This document shows positions 61,962-64,000 of a stretch of DNA of 64,000 nucleotides, one piece after another (position 1 is the first letter of the stretch; every line of letters begins with the position of its first letter). Below the pieces are notes generated by a model that had not been told where the DNA came from, made no database searches, and saw only the letters and a list, made by a program, of their open reading frames with translations. The position numbers and the translations under genes are program-made. This DNA is from Ptychomitrium polyphyllum (lineage: Eukaryota). The stretch is from positions 20,770,001 through 20,834,000 of the forward strand of contig OZ316775.1 of assembly GCA_973851085.1 (NCBI GenBank), given 5' to 3'.

Positions 61962-62403
61962 TTAGACAAGATTCTGAGTGTCAGAGATGGCTCGCATGAT
62001 GCAGCCGATGCCAGCCATTTCGTAGATCCTTCGTGAAGCCTACGGCAAAGGTCACATGTGATGCGATCCCCTATTGCTAACCCGCGGTATAGATACTTCA
62101 TCAGAATGTTATACAGCTCCAGGTTCAATCCCAACAGCAGCCCGTCCACGTCTTTGGTGGCCATCAAGACGCGGTGCACCAGAATCCAGTTCGCAGACTT
62201 GCACCACTCCTCGCGTGTCTACGTGGGCTCGTCCATCAGGGGGGTCTCAAGGCTTCTGTATACTCCGGTATGCTCACGTGACGCTCCACCTACCGCGACT
62301 TGCCCTCGATCCTAGCGATGATCACCTCCGGCGACTTCGTCTCTACGAACGTGTCAGTGTCCAACACAGATGACAAATCGTCTTCGTCGTCCGCCATCGC
62401 CAT
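61962..62403 (-). pseudogene. ARPC5: ARP2/3 complex subunit 5 pseudogene, intronless, with stops and frameshifts
   Basis: FVETKSPEVIIARIEGKSR*, CKSANWILVHRVLMATKDVDG, YNILMKYLYRGLAIGDRITCD, and C-terminal DTQNLV* in a shifted frame. Confidence 0.88.
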
Positions 62404-64000
62404 CCCTCACAGGAGAAAACCCTAGCAATGTCACGGCCAATTCCGATCGCCCTGCTCCTACACTAGACAGATTCCGGTCATGTAAAAAGCTTCACCGACA
62501 GCTGAAGAGAGCTGCGAGACGGCGCGTTTGTTGAAAACCCACCGGCAGTTGGATGCTGCCCATCAATCTGCAAATCTCACCTTCCTAGATCACTCACGAG
62601 GGACTCCCTGCTGCATGATGAAGCGAGGCCGCCTTCCATCGCGTTGAGGACTTGATGGATAGATCATACAATGAGTATCTATCGCTCATGAACACCAAGA
62701 TGCCATAGTCTGCAAGCTCTCTCATCGGACTCCTTGTGCTTGCGATTGTGATCTACAGTTCTGAGCTCCCGTGTTCTTCATCAACACTGCAGGATCGATC
62801 ACCGATAGTATCTCACTCTAGCAGGGGTTGCGTCGATCTCGTATCCTTCGATATGCTCCGATGAGTTGATTTCTGTCACATCTTATTGCTTGGAACCGGA
62901 GTTGTTCTCAAGTGTCTCCGTCTTAGGACTGCACAGCTTCGGTCAGTCTTTTTTTCTAGTTCTATGCTGCAGCTTCCGACGTCGTGTGTGCTCACGGCAA
63001 TGCAGCTGAAGGATCTCTTCGTTGGGACGAACTGAGAGCGAGCACTGTAGAGTTTTTGGGCCAGTGCGTAGTATTGCTTAGGCGCCTGTGGTAATGACCA
63101 TGAATACGTTGGTTTGCCATTCTTGTGCGCACATGATTCTACGAGGGAAAGTTCATATCTCTTTCTTTACGTGCAGATAGCATCTAAAGAAAAGCAGTCA
63201 TCGCAATATGTGAATTCAATGAACTTTATGATAAGGGTAGAAAGAAGGTGTGTTGGTGGGGGTCAACAACATGGGTGACGTCTCATGCATTGTAAATTGT
63301 TTTGCGTTAGCATGAGTAGGGCATCTTTATAAATTGCTTTGTATTAATGAAGTATTTTTATGTTTATGTTTGGCAAGTATCAGCCCTATGGAGGATTAAT
63401 TCATGAATTGAAAAGCATCTCACATATCCTTAAAAAAGGCAACCACTAGGAAAGCATACATTTGTGAAGTTGTGGTACAAAATCAATTATGGATAGATAT
63501 TTTGAAGAATATTTAGAATTAGAGAATTATGATGATTAACTTATAAGATAGCATGATAGTTATAACTTTACTTTGTACAAAGGTACTTTATTTTTTATTT
63601 CAATGTAATATTTTATCACTCATTGTTAAAATTAGTAAGAAACAATATTCAACGCGTGAAGTGTAAAAGTTACAACTTCAATAAATATCAACAACTATTT
63701 TAGCCATGACAACATACATTCAAAAAAAGATTGCACAAGTAATGAAACTTTTCCAACTATTGTCTCCACTAAGCTAAAAAGCCTTACATGATTAATAAAT
63801 TGCCTACACATTGTGTTCACATTGAACTAAGCGGTTGCAAGTAATTTCTTTATTGTTTATAATTTAAAGTTCTTTAACAAGAACTAACTTTCTTGTAATA
63901 TTATTGGCTATGATTCTATATTTTAATGTCATGATGATATTTACCAATGTCTATATTATTAAAACAAAGAAATTCTATTCTTCTAAAGCTTTGGATTAAT

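Noticed and set aside
63240..64000. AT-rich terminal tract
   Set aside because: No ORF, terminal repeat or other structure discernible.

Overview
Gene-rich nuclear DNA from a land plant, most likely a moss or other bryophyte (inferred from protein families, GT-AG introns and an AT-rich plastid insertion). Apparently intact genes: a WAV2/ABHD13 alpha/beta-hydrolase (+), a GH3 acyl-acid amido synthetase (-), an uncharacterised large protein (-), a malectin-like/LRR receptor-like protein of RLP4 type (+), an RNase HI-domain protein (+) and a very large DEMETER/ROS1-family 5mC DNA glycosylase (-). Decayed sequences: F-box-like remnants, a 5'-truncated CYP704 pseudogene, a root-cap/LEA-like gene with a frameshifted 3' end, an intronless ARPC5 pseudogene, a mosaic plastid insertion (ndhA+rpl16+petA) and two candidate MITEs. 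Best leads: (1) two small TATA-preceded ORFs sharing a duplicated H-x-C-x4-C-P-x-C motif I do not recognise; (2) an RNase H with its catalytic Glu replaced by Lys; (3) a DEMETER homologue with a 7-copy ~25-aa repeat and no permuted-CXXC cysteines; (4) a U12-like intron; (5) a precise 31-bp inversion between two tandem repeat copies. All exon structures were read by eye and need RNA-seq confirmation.
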